A stretch of DNA of 32,000 nucleotides from Mycolicibacterium smegmatis (GTDB lineage: Bacteria; Actinomycetota; Actinomycetes; Mycobacteriales; Mycobacteriaceae): contig NZ_LN831039.1 in NCBI RefSeq assembly GCF_001457595.1, forward strand, positions 4,890,001-4,922,000. The letters run 5' to 3'. This document shows, piece by piece, positions 15,718 to 24,926 of the stretch. A program made the translations under genes and the position numbers. How positions within the stretch are numbered: position 1 is the first letter of the stretch; every line of letters begins with the position of its first letter. Below the pieces are notes generated by a model that was not told the DNA's origin, did no database searches, and saw only the letters and a program-made list of their open reading frames with translations.

Positions 15718-16926
15718 CTAGGTGACTGCGCCGGCGGTCTTGAGTTCGATGATGCGATCCCAGTCGAGCCCGAGTTCGGCGAGGATGTCGTCGGTCTGTT
15801 CGGCAAAACCCGGCGCGGGCCCAGGACTCGGTGCGGACACGTCGAACTGCACCGGGTTGGTGACGAGCTCGAGCTCGCCGGCCTGCACGAGATATTCGTT
15901 GGCCCGGATCTGGGCGTCCTGCGCGGCCTGCAGGGTGTCCTGCACGGGCGCCCAGGGCCCGGCGAGCGTCGCGAACCGCTCGCTCCACTCGGGCAGCGTG
16001 CGCTTCTTCATCGCCTCGGTCAGGATGTCGACCGCGGCCGCGGTGTTCTCGGCGATGGACTCGGCCGTCGCGAACCTCGGGTCGTCGATGTAGTGCTCGA
16101 GATCCATGTGGCGGCACACGTCGGCCCAGAACTTGGTGGGCTGCATCATCACGAACGAGATGTAGCGGCCGTCGGCCGTGCCGTAGAGACCCACGAGCGG
16201 ATTGATCGGCGAACCGTGCACGCCCGGCGGCGGTTGCACCATCAACTCGTTGAGGTGGCTGGTCAGGGCGATGGTGTGCCCCATGGCCCACAGACCGCTG
16301 CCCAGCAGCGAGACGTCCACGACCGAGGGTTCGCCCGTGCGTTCGCGCTTGAACAGCGCCGCCGCGATGCCGCCGGCGAGGTTGGTTCCGGAGATGGTGT
16401 CGCCGTACGCCGGTCCCGGCGGGCCGATCATGCCCTCGATGCCCGGCGGCGTGATGGTCGCGGCGGCGCCGGCGCGGCACCAGAACGCGGTCATGTCGTA
16501 ACCGCCCTTGACCGACTCCTCGCCGCGCGGCCCGAGCGCGCTGCCGCGCGCGTAGATGATCTTCGGGTTGACCGCGCGGATGTCGTCGACGTCGATGCCG
16601 AACTTCTCGCGGTGCCCGGGCAGGAAGCTGGTGAGGAACACATCGGCACGTCGTGCGAGTTCGAGCAGGACCTCCCGCCCAGCGGGCACCGACATGTCCA
16701 GGCCGATGCTGCGCTTTCCGCGGTTGGCGTGTTCGATGTTCGGGTTCGGATCACCGTCGACCCGCAGAGGTCCGGTCTGGCGCAGACCGCGCTGCGGATC
16801 GCCCGTGACCGCGTGCTCGACCTTGATGACGTCGGCGCCCCACTCCCCCAGCACGGCGCCCGCGGACGGGACGAACCCGTACATGGCGACCTCGAGGATT
16901 CGAATTCCTTCCAGCGGTCCGCTCAT
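15718..16926 (-). CDS. Family III CoA-transferase (CaiB/BaiF family; racemase-type members cannot be excluded)
   Basis: ATG 16924-16926. The N-terminus MSGPLEGIRILEVAMYGFVPSAGAVLGEWGADVIKVE is the typical family III signature. The 108 upstream codons in the track ORF overlap the ALDH gene. Confidence 0.9.
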   Translation of the reverse strand: MSGPLEGIRILEVAMYGFVPSAGAVLGEWGADVIKVEHAVTGDPQRGLRQTGPLRVDGDPNPNIEHANRGKRSIGLDMSVPAGREVLLELARRADVFLTSFLPGHREKFGIDVDDIRAVNPKIIYARGSALGPRGEESVKGGYDMTAFWCRAGAAATITPPGIEGMIGPPGPAYGDTISGTNLAGGIAAALFKRERTGEPSVVDVSLLGSGLWAMGHTIALTSHLNELMVQPPPGVHGSPINPLVGLYGTADGRYISFVMMQPTKFWADVCRHMDLEHYIDDPRFATAESIAENTAAAVDILTEAMKKRTLPEWSERFATLAGPWAPVQDTLQAAQDAQIRANEYLVQAGELELVTNPVQFDVSAPSPGPAPGFAEQTDDILAELGLDWDRIIELKTAGAVT

Positions 16927-16954
16927 TCGTGCCCTCTCGTATCGGCTTCCATCG

Positions 16955-18430
<1,476 letters not shown>

Positions 18431-18695
18431 CCTCCTCGGCGGCCTGCTCGGTATGTGATGGAAATTTCATTCTCATCACCGGCGAATCATACATTCGCTC
18501 GATGAGAACTCAAGGGAAACCCAGATGAGCTAGTCATGAGTGGTCTCGCGGCACCGACGCCCGCGAGCAGGCGGTATCCACGCCACACCCAGATCTTGCG
18601 AACTCCTCATACGCGAGAGTACGGTTCTCATAATCGGAAGGATGATTCTTGAAGGTTGATAGAGCCGGGTCCGGCACTGAACCCGGAGGTTTGTC

Positions 18696-19397
18696 GTGAA
18701 GAACGCGGTGGTAACCGGAGGCGGCTCCGGGATCGGAGCGGCGATCGTGGCCCGGCTGCGTGCCGACGGCCTCAATGTCGCCTCACTGGATCTGCAGCCG
18801 TCGGATGACGAGTTCTCCCACGTCGCCGATGTCACCGACCGCGTCGCGGTCGACGCGGCGATGAACGCGGTCCGCGCACAGCTCGGTCCGGTCTCCGTTC
18901 TGGTCAACGCAGCCGGCCTCGACTGCTTCAAGCGCTTCACCGACATCTCGTTCGAGAAATGGCAGCAGGTCATCGATGTCAACCTCAACGGCGTCTTCCA
19001 CTGCGTCCAGGCCGTGCTGCCCGACATGATCGAGGCCGGCTGGGGACGCATCGTGAACATCTCGTCGTCCAGCACGCACTCGGGGCAGCCCTACATGGCG
19101 CCGTACGTCGCGGCGAAGTCGGCGGTGAACGGCCTGACGAAAAGCCTGGCACTGGAATACGGCCCCAACGGCATCACGGTCAACGCCGTGCCGCCCGGGT
19201 TCATCGACACCCCGATGCTGCGCAAGGCCGAGGACAAGGGCTTCCTCGGTGACACCGAGCGGCAGATCGCGGCGACCCCGGTGCGCCGGATGGGCCGCCC
19301 CGGGGACATCGCCGCGGCCTGCGCCTTCCTGATCTCCGAAGAGGCCGGCTACATCACGGGCCAGATTCTCGGCGTCAACGGCGGCCGGAACACCTGA
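18696..19397 (+). CDS. Classical short-chain dehydrogenase/reductase (FabG-like)
   Basis: GTG 18696 lies 6 nt after GGAGG (18685-18689). Motifs TGGGSGIG and NAAG, and the Ser-Tyr-Lys region SSSS...YVAAK. Confidence 0.92.
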   Translation: MKNAVVTGGGSGIGAAIVARLRADGLNVASLDLQPSDDEFSHVADVTDRVAVDAAMNAVRAQLGPVSVLVNAAGLDCFKRFTDISFEKWQQVIDVNLNGVFHCVQAVLPDMIEAGWGRIVNISSSSTHSGQPYMAPYVAAKSAVNGLTKSLALEYGPNGITVNAVPPGFIDTPMLRKAEDKGFLGDTERQIAATPVRRMGRPGDIAAACAFLISEEAGYITGQILGVNGGRNT

Positions 19398-19444
19398 AAG
19401 TTCGCCAGCACACCAATTTTCGGCACACATCTGAAAGGACAAGG

Positions 19445-20317
19445 ATGGGAAGCGCAGAAGGCCGGGTAGCCGGGAAGGTCGCGTTCATCACCGGTGCCGC
19501 ACGGGGCCAGGGCCGCAGCCACGCTGTTCGGCTCGCCGAAGAGGGCGCCGACATCATCGCCGTCGACCTGTGCCAGGACATCGACTCGATCGGCTACTCG
19601 CTGGCCACGCCGGAGGATCTCGAGGAGACCGCGCGCTACGTCGAGAAGGCAGGCCGCCGCATCGTGACCGCGCAGGCAGACGTGCGCGACGCCGCCCAAC
19701 TCAAGGAGGCGCTGGAGCGCGGCGTCTCCGAGCTCGGCAAGCTCGACATCGTCGTCGCGCAGGCCGGAATCGCTGCCATGAAAGGCAATCCGCCGCTTCA
19801 GGCCTGGACCGACGGGATCAACACCAACCTGGTCGGCACCATCAACGCCATCCAGGTCGCACTCCCCCACCTGAGCGAGGGAGCGTCGATCGTCGCGACC
19901 GCGTCGGCCGCGGCGTTGATGGACGCCCACAACAAACCCAACCCGGGAGCCGATCCGGGCGGCATGGGCTACATGGTGTCCAAGCGGATGATCTCGGAGT
20001 ATGTGCACTACCTCGCGACCGAACTGACCCCGCTGGGCATCCGCGCCAACGTGATCCACCCGACCAACTGCAACACCGACATGCTGCAGAGCGAGCCGAT
20101 GTACCGCTCGTTCCGCCCCGATCTGGAGCACCCCACGCGCGCCGACGCCGAACCGGTGTTCTACGTCCAGCAGGCCATGAAGGTGCCGTGGGTGGAACCG
20201 TCCGACATCAGCAATGCCGTGCTGTGGCTGGCGTCGGACGAGTCCCGCTTCGTCACCGGCATGCAGTTGCGTGTCGACGCCGGCGGCTATCTCAAGTGGT
20301 ACGACTACCACGTGTGA
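19445..20317 (+). CDS. Mycofactocin-coupled SDR family oxidoreductase (carveol-dehydrogenase-like subfamily)
   Basis: 290-aa ORF. The N-terminus GKVAFITGAARGQGRSHAVRLAEEGADIIAVDLC...ATPEDLEET... matches the hallmark of the SDR subfamily with tightly bound NAD that co-occurs with mycofactocin genes. Confidence 0.85.
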   Translation: MGSAEGRVAGKVAFITGAARGQGRSHAVRLAEEGADIIAVDLCQDIDSIGYSLATPEDLEETARYVEKAGRRIVTAQADVRDAAQLKEALERGVSELGKLDIVVAQAGIAAMKGNPPLQAWTDGINTNLVGTINAIQVALPHLSEGASIVATASAAALMDAHNKPNPGADPGGMGYMVSKRMISEYVHYLATELTPLGIRANVIHPTNCNTDMLQSEPMYRSFRPDLEHPTRADAEPVFYVQQAMKVPWVEPSDISNAVLWLASDESRFVTGMQLRVDAGGYLKWYDYHV

Positions 20318-20360
20318 TGTCCCCCAACAGAATTCACCGGCCCGAGAGGAGTGCACAACA

Positions 20361-20552
20361 GTGAAGGTGTCAGTTGACGGGCAGCGCTGCCAGGGCCACA
20401 CCCTGTGCTCGATGATCGCACCCGAGGCGTTCCGACTCGACGACGTCGACGGCCACGCGTCGCCGGTGTCGGAGATCGTGCCGCCCGATCAGGAGGCCGC
20501 GGTCGCCGAGGCCGCGCATTCCTGCCCAGAACAAGCCATCGTCATCGAATAA
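20361..20552 (+). CDS. Small [3Fe-4S]-type ferredoxin (P450 redox partner type)
   Basis: GTG 20361 follows a GAGAGGAG SD. The 63-aa product VKVSVDGQRCQGHTLCSMIAPEAF...SCPEQAIVIE has the actinobacterial CxxHxxC...CP motif. It lies directly upstream of a P450 gene. Confidence 0.85.
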   Translation: MKVSVDGQRCQGHTLCSMIAPEAFRLDDVDGHASPVSEIVPPDQEAAVAEAAHSCPEQAIVIE

Positions 20553-20629
20553 CACCGATACGGTCCCCGGCCACCACGCCATATCCAGATCGCCGTCTGA
20601 CCCAGACCAAAAGCCAAGGGAGACAAGCC

Positions 20630-21991
20630 GTGAGCATCCAGGATGTCACGACCGACGACGACCGTGAGAAGATCACCTACCACTTCGATCGGCACACGCC
20701 GGAGTACCGGCTGCAGTTCGAGAAGATCACCGAGGAGATGCACTCCCGGTGCCCCGTGGCGTGGACCGAGACCTACGACGGCCACTGGGTGGCCGCGGGC
20801 AGCAACGAGGTCTTCGAACTCGCGCGCTGCCCTGTGGTGTCCAATCACCACGACATCAGCGGTGAGACTCCGTTCCAGGGCATCACGATCCCGAAGGCCA
20901 GCCGTGCCACGGTGGTTCGCGGCGGCATCCTCGAGATGGACGAACCCGAGCACAGTGCGTACCGCGGTGCGCTCAACCCCTACCTGTCGCCCGCGGCGAT
21001 CAAGCGGTGGGAACCGTTCGTCGACGAGATCACACGCGCCGCGATCGACGAGCACATCTCCTCGGGCCGCATCGACTTCGTCGAGCATCTCGCCAACGTG
21101 GTGCCCGCGGTGTTCACGCTCGCGATGATGGGCATCGAACTGAAGAAGTGGAACGTCTACAGTGAGCCCACCCACGCCTCGGTGTACACCCCCGAGCACG
21201 CCCCCGAGCGCGAGAAGATCAACGAGCAGCACCGCGAGATGGGCATCGATCTCATCAACAACATGATGGAGATCCGCCAGAACCCGCGGCCCGGCCTGGT
21301 CAACGCCCTGCTGCAACTGCGCATAGACGGCGAACCCGCGCCGGACATGGAGATCCTGGGCAACCTGGGCCTGATCATCGGTGGCGGCTTCGACACCACG
21401 ACGGCCCTCACAGCGCACGCGCTGGAGTGGCTCGGCGAACATCCCGACGAGCGCGAGCGGCTCAGCCGGGAGCGCGACACGCTGCTGAACCCCGCGACCG
21501 AGGAGTTCCTGCGGTTCTTCACACCCGCACCCGGCGACGGCCGTACGTTCGCCGAGGACGCCGAGGTGGCCGGGTACAAGTTCAAGCAGTACGAACGCCT
21601 GTGGCTGTCGTGGGCGATGGCCAACCGCGATCCGTCGGTGTTCGACAAGCCCAACGAGGTGATCCTGGACCGCAAGGGCAACCGTCACTTCAGCTTCGGC
21701 ATCGGCGTCCACCGGTGCGTGGGCTCCAACGTGGCGCGCACGGTGTTCAAGTCGATGCTCACCGCGGTGCTGGACCGCATGCCCGACTACGTGTGCGACC
21801 CCGAGGGCACCGTGCACTACGACACCATCGGCGTCATCCAGGGCATGCGCAACCTCCCCGCCACGTTCACCCCGAGCAGGCCGCTGGGCCCCGGCCTGGA
21901 CGAGACGCTGGAGAAACTGCAGCGCATCTGCAACGAGGAGGAACTCGCCCGCCCCATCACCGAGCGCAAGGAACGCGCGGTCATCGACTGA
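20630..21991 (+). CDS. Cytochrome P450
   Basis: GTG 20630 follows AAGGGAG. It has an EXXR motif (EEFLRF) and the heme loop FSFGIGVHRCVGSNVA. The upstream part of the 528-aa track ORF overlaps the ferredoxin gene. Confidence 0.92.
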   Translation: MSIQDVTTDDDREKITYHFDRHTPEYRLQFEKITEEMHSRCPVAWTETYDGHWVAAGSNEVFELARCPVVSNHHDISGETPFQGITIPKASRATVVRGGILEMDEPEHSAYRGALNPYLSPAAIKRWEPFVDEITRAAIDEHISSGRIDFVEHLANVVPAVFTLAMMGIELKKWNVYSEPTHASVYTPEHAPEREKINEQHREMGIDLINNMMEIRQNPRPGLVNALLQLRIDGEPAPDMEILGNLGLIIGGGFDTTTALTAHALEWLGEHPDERERLSRERDTLLNPATEEFLRFFTPAPGDGRTFAEDAEVAGYKFKQYERLWLSWAMANRDPSVFDKPNEVILDRKGNRHFSFGIGVHRCVGSNVARTVFKSMLTAVLDRMPDYVCDPEGTVHYDTIGVIQGMRNLPATFTPSRPLGPGLDETLEKLQRICNEEELARPITERKERAVID

Positions 21992-22023
21992 CACCGCGCT
22001 GCGGGCAAACCCGTCGGCAAACT

Positions 22024-22043
22024 CGGGAACACTGCGTGTCCCG
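22024..22043 (+). terminator. GC-rich hairpin after the P450 stop (terminator or regulatory candidate)
   Basis: CGGGA(A)CAC-TGC-GTGTCCCG forms an 8-bp stem with one bulge and a 3-nt loop. It begins 33 nt after the stop at 21991 and lies 62 nt upstream of the next ATG. Confidence 0.25.
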
Positions 22044-22104
22044 CGCGCCTGTTAATCTCGATCACAAGTCGGGTTTCGATATCTCAGCAATACGGCTGAG
22101 CAGG

Positions 22105-22458
22105 ATGGGGGTGGCGCACGTGTTCACGTTCTCGCGCACAAAACTGGCGATCGCAGCGGCCGGGTTGGCGGCTGCGTTGCCGTTGTCGGCCGGTATCGCA
22201 TCCGCGCAGCCGGACTTCAGTGCGGTCGTCAACACAACCTGCAGCTACGAGCAGGTGATGGCTGCGCTCAATGCTCAGCAGCCGGATCTGGCGGCCCAGT
22301 TCAACACCTCACCCATGGCGCAGGGCATGCTGCGCAACTTCCTGGCCGCAGCGCCTGCCGAGCGTCAGCAGACCGTCAACCAGCTGCAGACCAATCCCAT
22401 GGCCCAGCAGTACTTCGGCACCATCTCCTCGATCGCCAGCAGCTGCAGCCGGTACTGA
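22105..22458 (+). CDS. Hemophore-related protein, Rv0203/Rv1174c (TB8.4) family
   Basis: Signal peptide ...AAGLAAALPLSAGIASA followed by QPD. The mature VVNTTCSYEQVMAALNAQQPDLAAQFNTSPMAQGMLRNFLAAAPAERQQ...QQYFGTISSIASSCSRY closely resembles the M. tuberculosis TB8.4 pattern (INTTCNYGQVVAALNA...AQFNASP...SCNNY). Confidence 0.85.
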   Translation: MGVAHVFTFSRTKLAIAAAGLAAALPLSAGIASAQPDFSAVVNTTCSYEQVMAALNAQQPDLAAQFNTSPMAQGMLRNFLAAAPAERQQTVNQLQTNPMAQQYFGTISSIASSCSRY

Positions 22459-22473
22459 GTTCTTACTCCCGCT

Positions 22474-23649
22474 TCAGCCGCGGGGCAGCCCGAGCACCTG
22501 AGTGGCGATGATGTTGCGCTGGATCTCCGACGTGCCGCCTGCGATGGTTCCGCCGAAGCTCCTGGCGTAGCGCTCGAACCAGCTCGCGAAGTAGTGGTCG
22601 AGGTTCATGTGCGCGTAGGGCCCGCTGGTCGACGGATGGATCAGGCCTTCGGGACCCGCTGCGGCGAGCGCGTTTTCGAAGGCGTTGCGCTCGGCCTCGG
22701 ACCCCAGCAGTTTGAGCACCGACACCGACGCGGTGTCCTGCTCGCCGCGCGCGGCGCGTGCGAGCGCGGCAGAACCCAAGGCGCGCAACGCCTGGTAGTC
22801 CATGATGGTCGTGGCGTACTGGTCGCGCTCGAGTTCGGTGCGGGGGTTGAAGTCGGCGAGCATGTTGTCGATGCGGTCGGCGAAGCCGAGCCACATCATG
22901 GTGCGCTCGTGGCCCAGTGAGCCGTTGGCCACCTTCCAGCCCTGGTTCAGCGGGCCCACGAGGTTCTCCGCGGGCACGCGCGCATCGGTGAAGAACACCT
23001 CGTTGAAGTCGAGGTTCTCCTGGCCGGTCATGTCCGCGAACGGCCTGCACACCACGCCGGGGGTGTCGGTCGGGACGATCAGCACGCTGATGCCCTTGTG
23101 CTTGGGCGCATCCGGATCGGTGCGTACGAACGTCAGCAGCCAGTCGGCGTCGTGCGCCCCCGACGTCCAGACCTTCTGACCGTTGACCACGAACTCATCC
23201 CCGTCGCGCACCGCGCGGGTGCGCAGCGATGCGAGGTCCGAACCCGCGCTCGGCTCACTCATACCCAGCGACGCGGTCTTCTCGCCACGCAGCACCGGCA
23301 CGGCCCAGCGGTGCTTCTGCTCCTCGGTGCCGAATGTCAAGAGCGACGCCGCGATGATGTTGACGCCCTGGGGGTTGAAGCTGTGGTAGATCCGGCGGCG
23401 GCACAGCTCGTCGAGATGGACGAACTGCTGCACGACGTTTGCGTTGCGACCGCCGAACTCCGGCGGCTGGGCGGGCAGCAGCCAGCCGTTGTCGAACAGC
23501 AGGCGCTGCCAGTCGCGGGCCCACTGCGGCATGTGCGAGACCGACCGGGGACGCTCCAGCGTCGCGGCCTCGGACGGGAGGTTCGCGTCGAGGAACGCCA
23601 CGAACTCTGCGCGGAACTTCTCGACGTCGGAATCGAATGTCAGCTGCAT
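22474..23649 (-). CDS. Acyl-CoA dehydrogenase (long subunit of an adjacent pair)
   Basis: 391-aa ORF with ACAD motifs ...ASLGMSEPSAGSDLASLRTRAVRDGDEFVVNGQKVWTSGA... and a C-terminal GGTSEIQRNIIATQVLGL. It starts 2 nt after the upstream ACAD stop. Confidence 0.93.
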   Translation of the reverse strand: MQLTFDSDVEKFRAEFVAFLDANLPSEAATLERPRSVSHMPQWARDWQRLLFDNGWLLPAQPPEFGGRNANVVQQFVHLDELCRRRIYHSFNPQGVNIIAASLLTFGTEEQKHRWAVPVLRGEKTASLGMSEPSAGSDLASLRTRAVRDGDEFVVNGQKVWTSGAHDADWLLTFVRTDPDAPKHKGISVLIVPTDTPGVVCRPFADMTGQENLDFNEVFFTDARVPAENLVGPLNQGWKVANGSLGHERTMMWLGFADRIDNMLADFNPRTELERDQYATTIMDYQALRALGSAALARAARGEQDTASVSVLKLLGSEAERNAFENALAAAGPEGLIHPSTSGPYAHMNLDHYFASWFERYARSFGGTIAGGTSEIQRNIIATQVLGLPRG

Positions 23650-23651
23650 GT

Positions 23652-24656
23652 CTAGAGCCCCCTGTAGGTCGTGCGGTACTCGGCGGCGATCACCGCGCGG
23701 TGCTCGGCCGCGCCACCCAACAGCAGTTCACCGGCCTTGGCGCGCTTCAACGCGAACTGCACGTCGTTCTCCCATGTGAAGCCCATGGCCCCGAACAACT
23801 GCAGCCCGTGCCGGAACACCACGGCCTGGCACTCCCCCGCCGACGCCTTGGCCATCCGCGACGCCAGGCGCCGGCGCGGATCGTTCTCGGCGATCGTCAG
23901 AGCCGCGAAATACGCCAGGGCGCGGGCGCGTTCGATCGCGACGTGCATGTCGACGGCCTTGTGCTGCACGGCCTGCAACGATCCGATCGGCACACCGAAC
24001 TGCTGCCGCTGCTTGGCGTGCTCGAGCACGAGATCGAGCACGCGCCGGCAGGCACCGACCATGTGGACCGCCATACCGGTGAGCGCCAGGTGGTGCGCCT
24101 TCTCGATATCGACGGGCACGCGGTCGGTGTCGGCAACCGCGACGCCGTCGAACGACACCTCGGCCACGTGCAGCACCGGATCGAACACCGGACTGCGCCG
24201 GATGGCGGCCGTGCCCGCGTCGACGAGGAACACGCCTGCCTCGGTGACCACGGCCAGCGTCTCGGCCCGGTCGCCGTCGAGCACGTGGCGTCCCGTACCG
24301 CTGAGCACCCACCCGGTCTCGTCGCGACGCGCGGTCACCCCGCCGTACACCGCTGCCCCCGCGCTCGCGGCGTCGAACCGGTCCCCGGCCAGCGGCGCGA
24401 ACTGCGTCATGGTCGCCAGGTACGGCGTGAGATCGGTGGCCCGGCCCAGTTCTTCGAGCACGGTCGCGAGCTCGACGGCGTTCTCCGGCTCGGTGAGCTC
24501 GGTCCAGCCCTGCTCGATGTAGTTCTTCCACAGCGGCGCCGGGTCGACACCCTGCTCGGCGACCTCGCGGACCAGCGTCGCCGGACACTGTTTGGTCACC
24601 GCATCGCGTACGGTTTCCTGCCATAGCCGTTGATCGGCATCGAACTCGAGTAGCAC
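23652..24656 (-). CDS. Acyl-CoA dehydrogenase family protein (short subunit of an adjacent pair)
   Basis: 334-aa ORF with a GTG start. ACAD-like throughout (...FGVPIGSLQAVQHKAVDMHVAIERARAL...), but about 50 aa shorter than a standard ACAD. Confidence 0.88.
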   Translation of the reverse strand: MLLEFDADQRLWQETVRDAVTKQCPATLVREVAEQGVDPAPLWKNYIEQGWTELTEPENAVELATVLEELGRATDLTPYLATMTQFAPLAGDRFDAASAGAAVYGGVTARRDETGWVLSGTGRHVLDGDRAETLAVVTEAGVFLVDAGTAAIRRSPVFDPVLHVAEVSFDGVAVADTDRVPVDIEKAHHLALTGMAVHMVGACRRVLDLVLEHAKQRQQFGVPIGSLQAVQHKAVDMHVAIERARALAYFAALTIAENDPRRRLASRMAKASAGECQAVVFRHGLQLFGAMGFTWENDVQFALKRAKAGELLLGGAAEHRAVIAAEYRTTYRGL

Positions 24657-24689
24657 CCGCCGCCTCCTGATGCGCTGTCACGTTCTGGC

Positions 24690-24704
24690 GAGAATAACAT
24701 TCTC
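24690..24704. promoter_or_regulatory. Candidate operator, perfect 6-3-6 palindrome GAGAAT-AAC-ATTCTC
   Basis: It lies in the 270-bp divergent intergenic region between the ACAD pair (-) and the amidohydrolase block (+), 34 nt upstream of the ACAD GTG. Confidence 0.35.
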
Positions 24705-24812
24705 TTCTGACGAGTATTCGCTCTCATCCCGCAAGCACCGGTTCTGTCGGCCCTCCCACCGAGCGAGCGACCGGCAGTGGCGTTCACCTGCGACAAGGCG
24801 CCGAACTGGACT

Positions 24813-24827
24813 GAGAACAATGTTCTT
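24813..24827. promoter_or_regulatory. Candidate operator, GAGAAC-AAT-GTTCTT (inner 13 bp perfect)
   Basis: Same 6-3-6 architecture and the same GAGAAY left half as 24690-24704. It ends 100 nt upstream of the proposed amidohydrolase TTG start. Confidence 0.35.
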
Positions 24828-24926
24828 GCTATTGAAGAATATCGATCTAAACTGGCAAGGGTCCGGTGTGGCGTGCACACCGAAGCGCGCGCACGCCGCA
24901 GAACGGACGAGCATCGGAGGACAGCC

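Noticed and set aside
24813-24827. Canonical KstR or KstR2 operator
   Set aside because: The KstR consensus as I recall it (TnnAACnnGTTnnA) has an even 2-nt centre, and KstR2 uses CAAG/CTTG half-sites. The sites here have a 3-nt centre (GAAC-AAT-GTTC, GAAT-AAC-ATTC). I therefore report them only as an unassigned motif.
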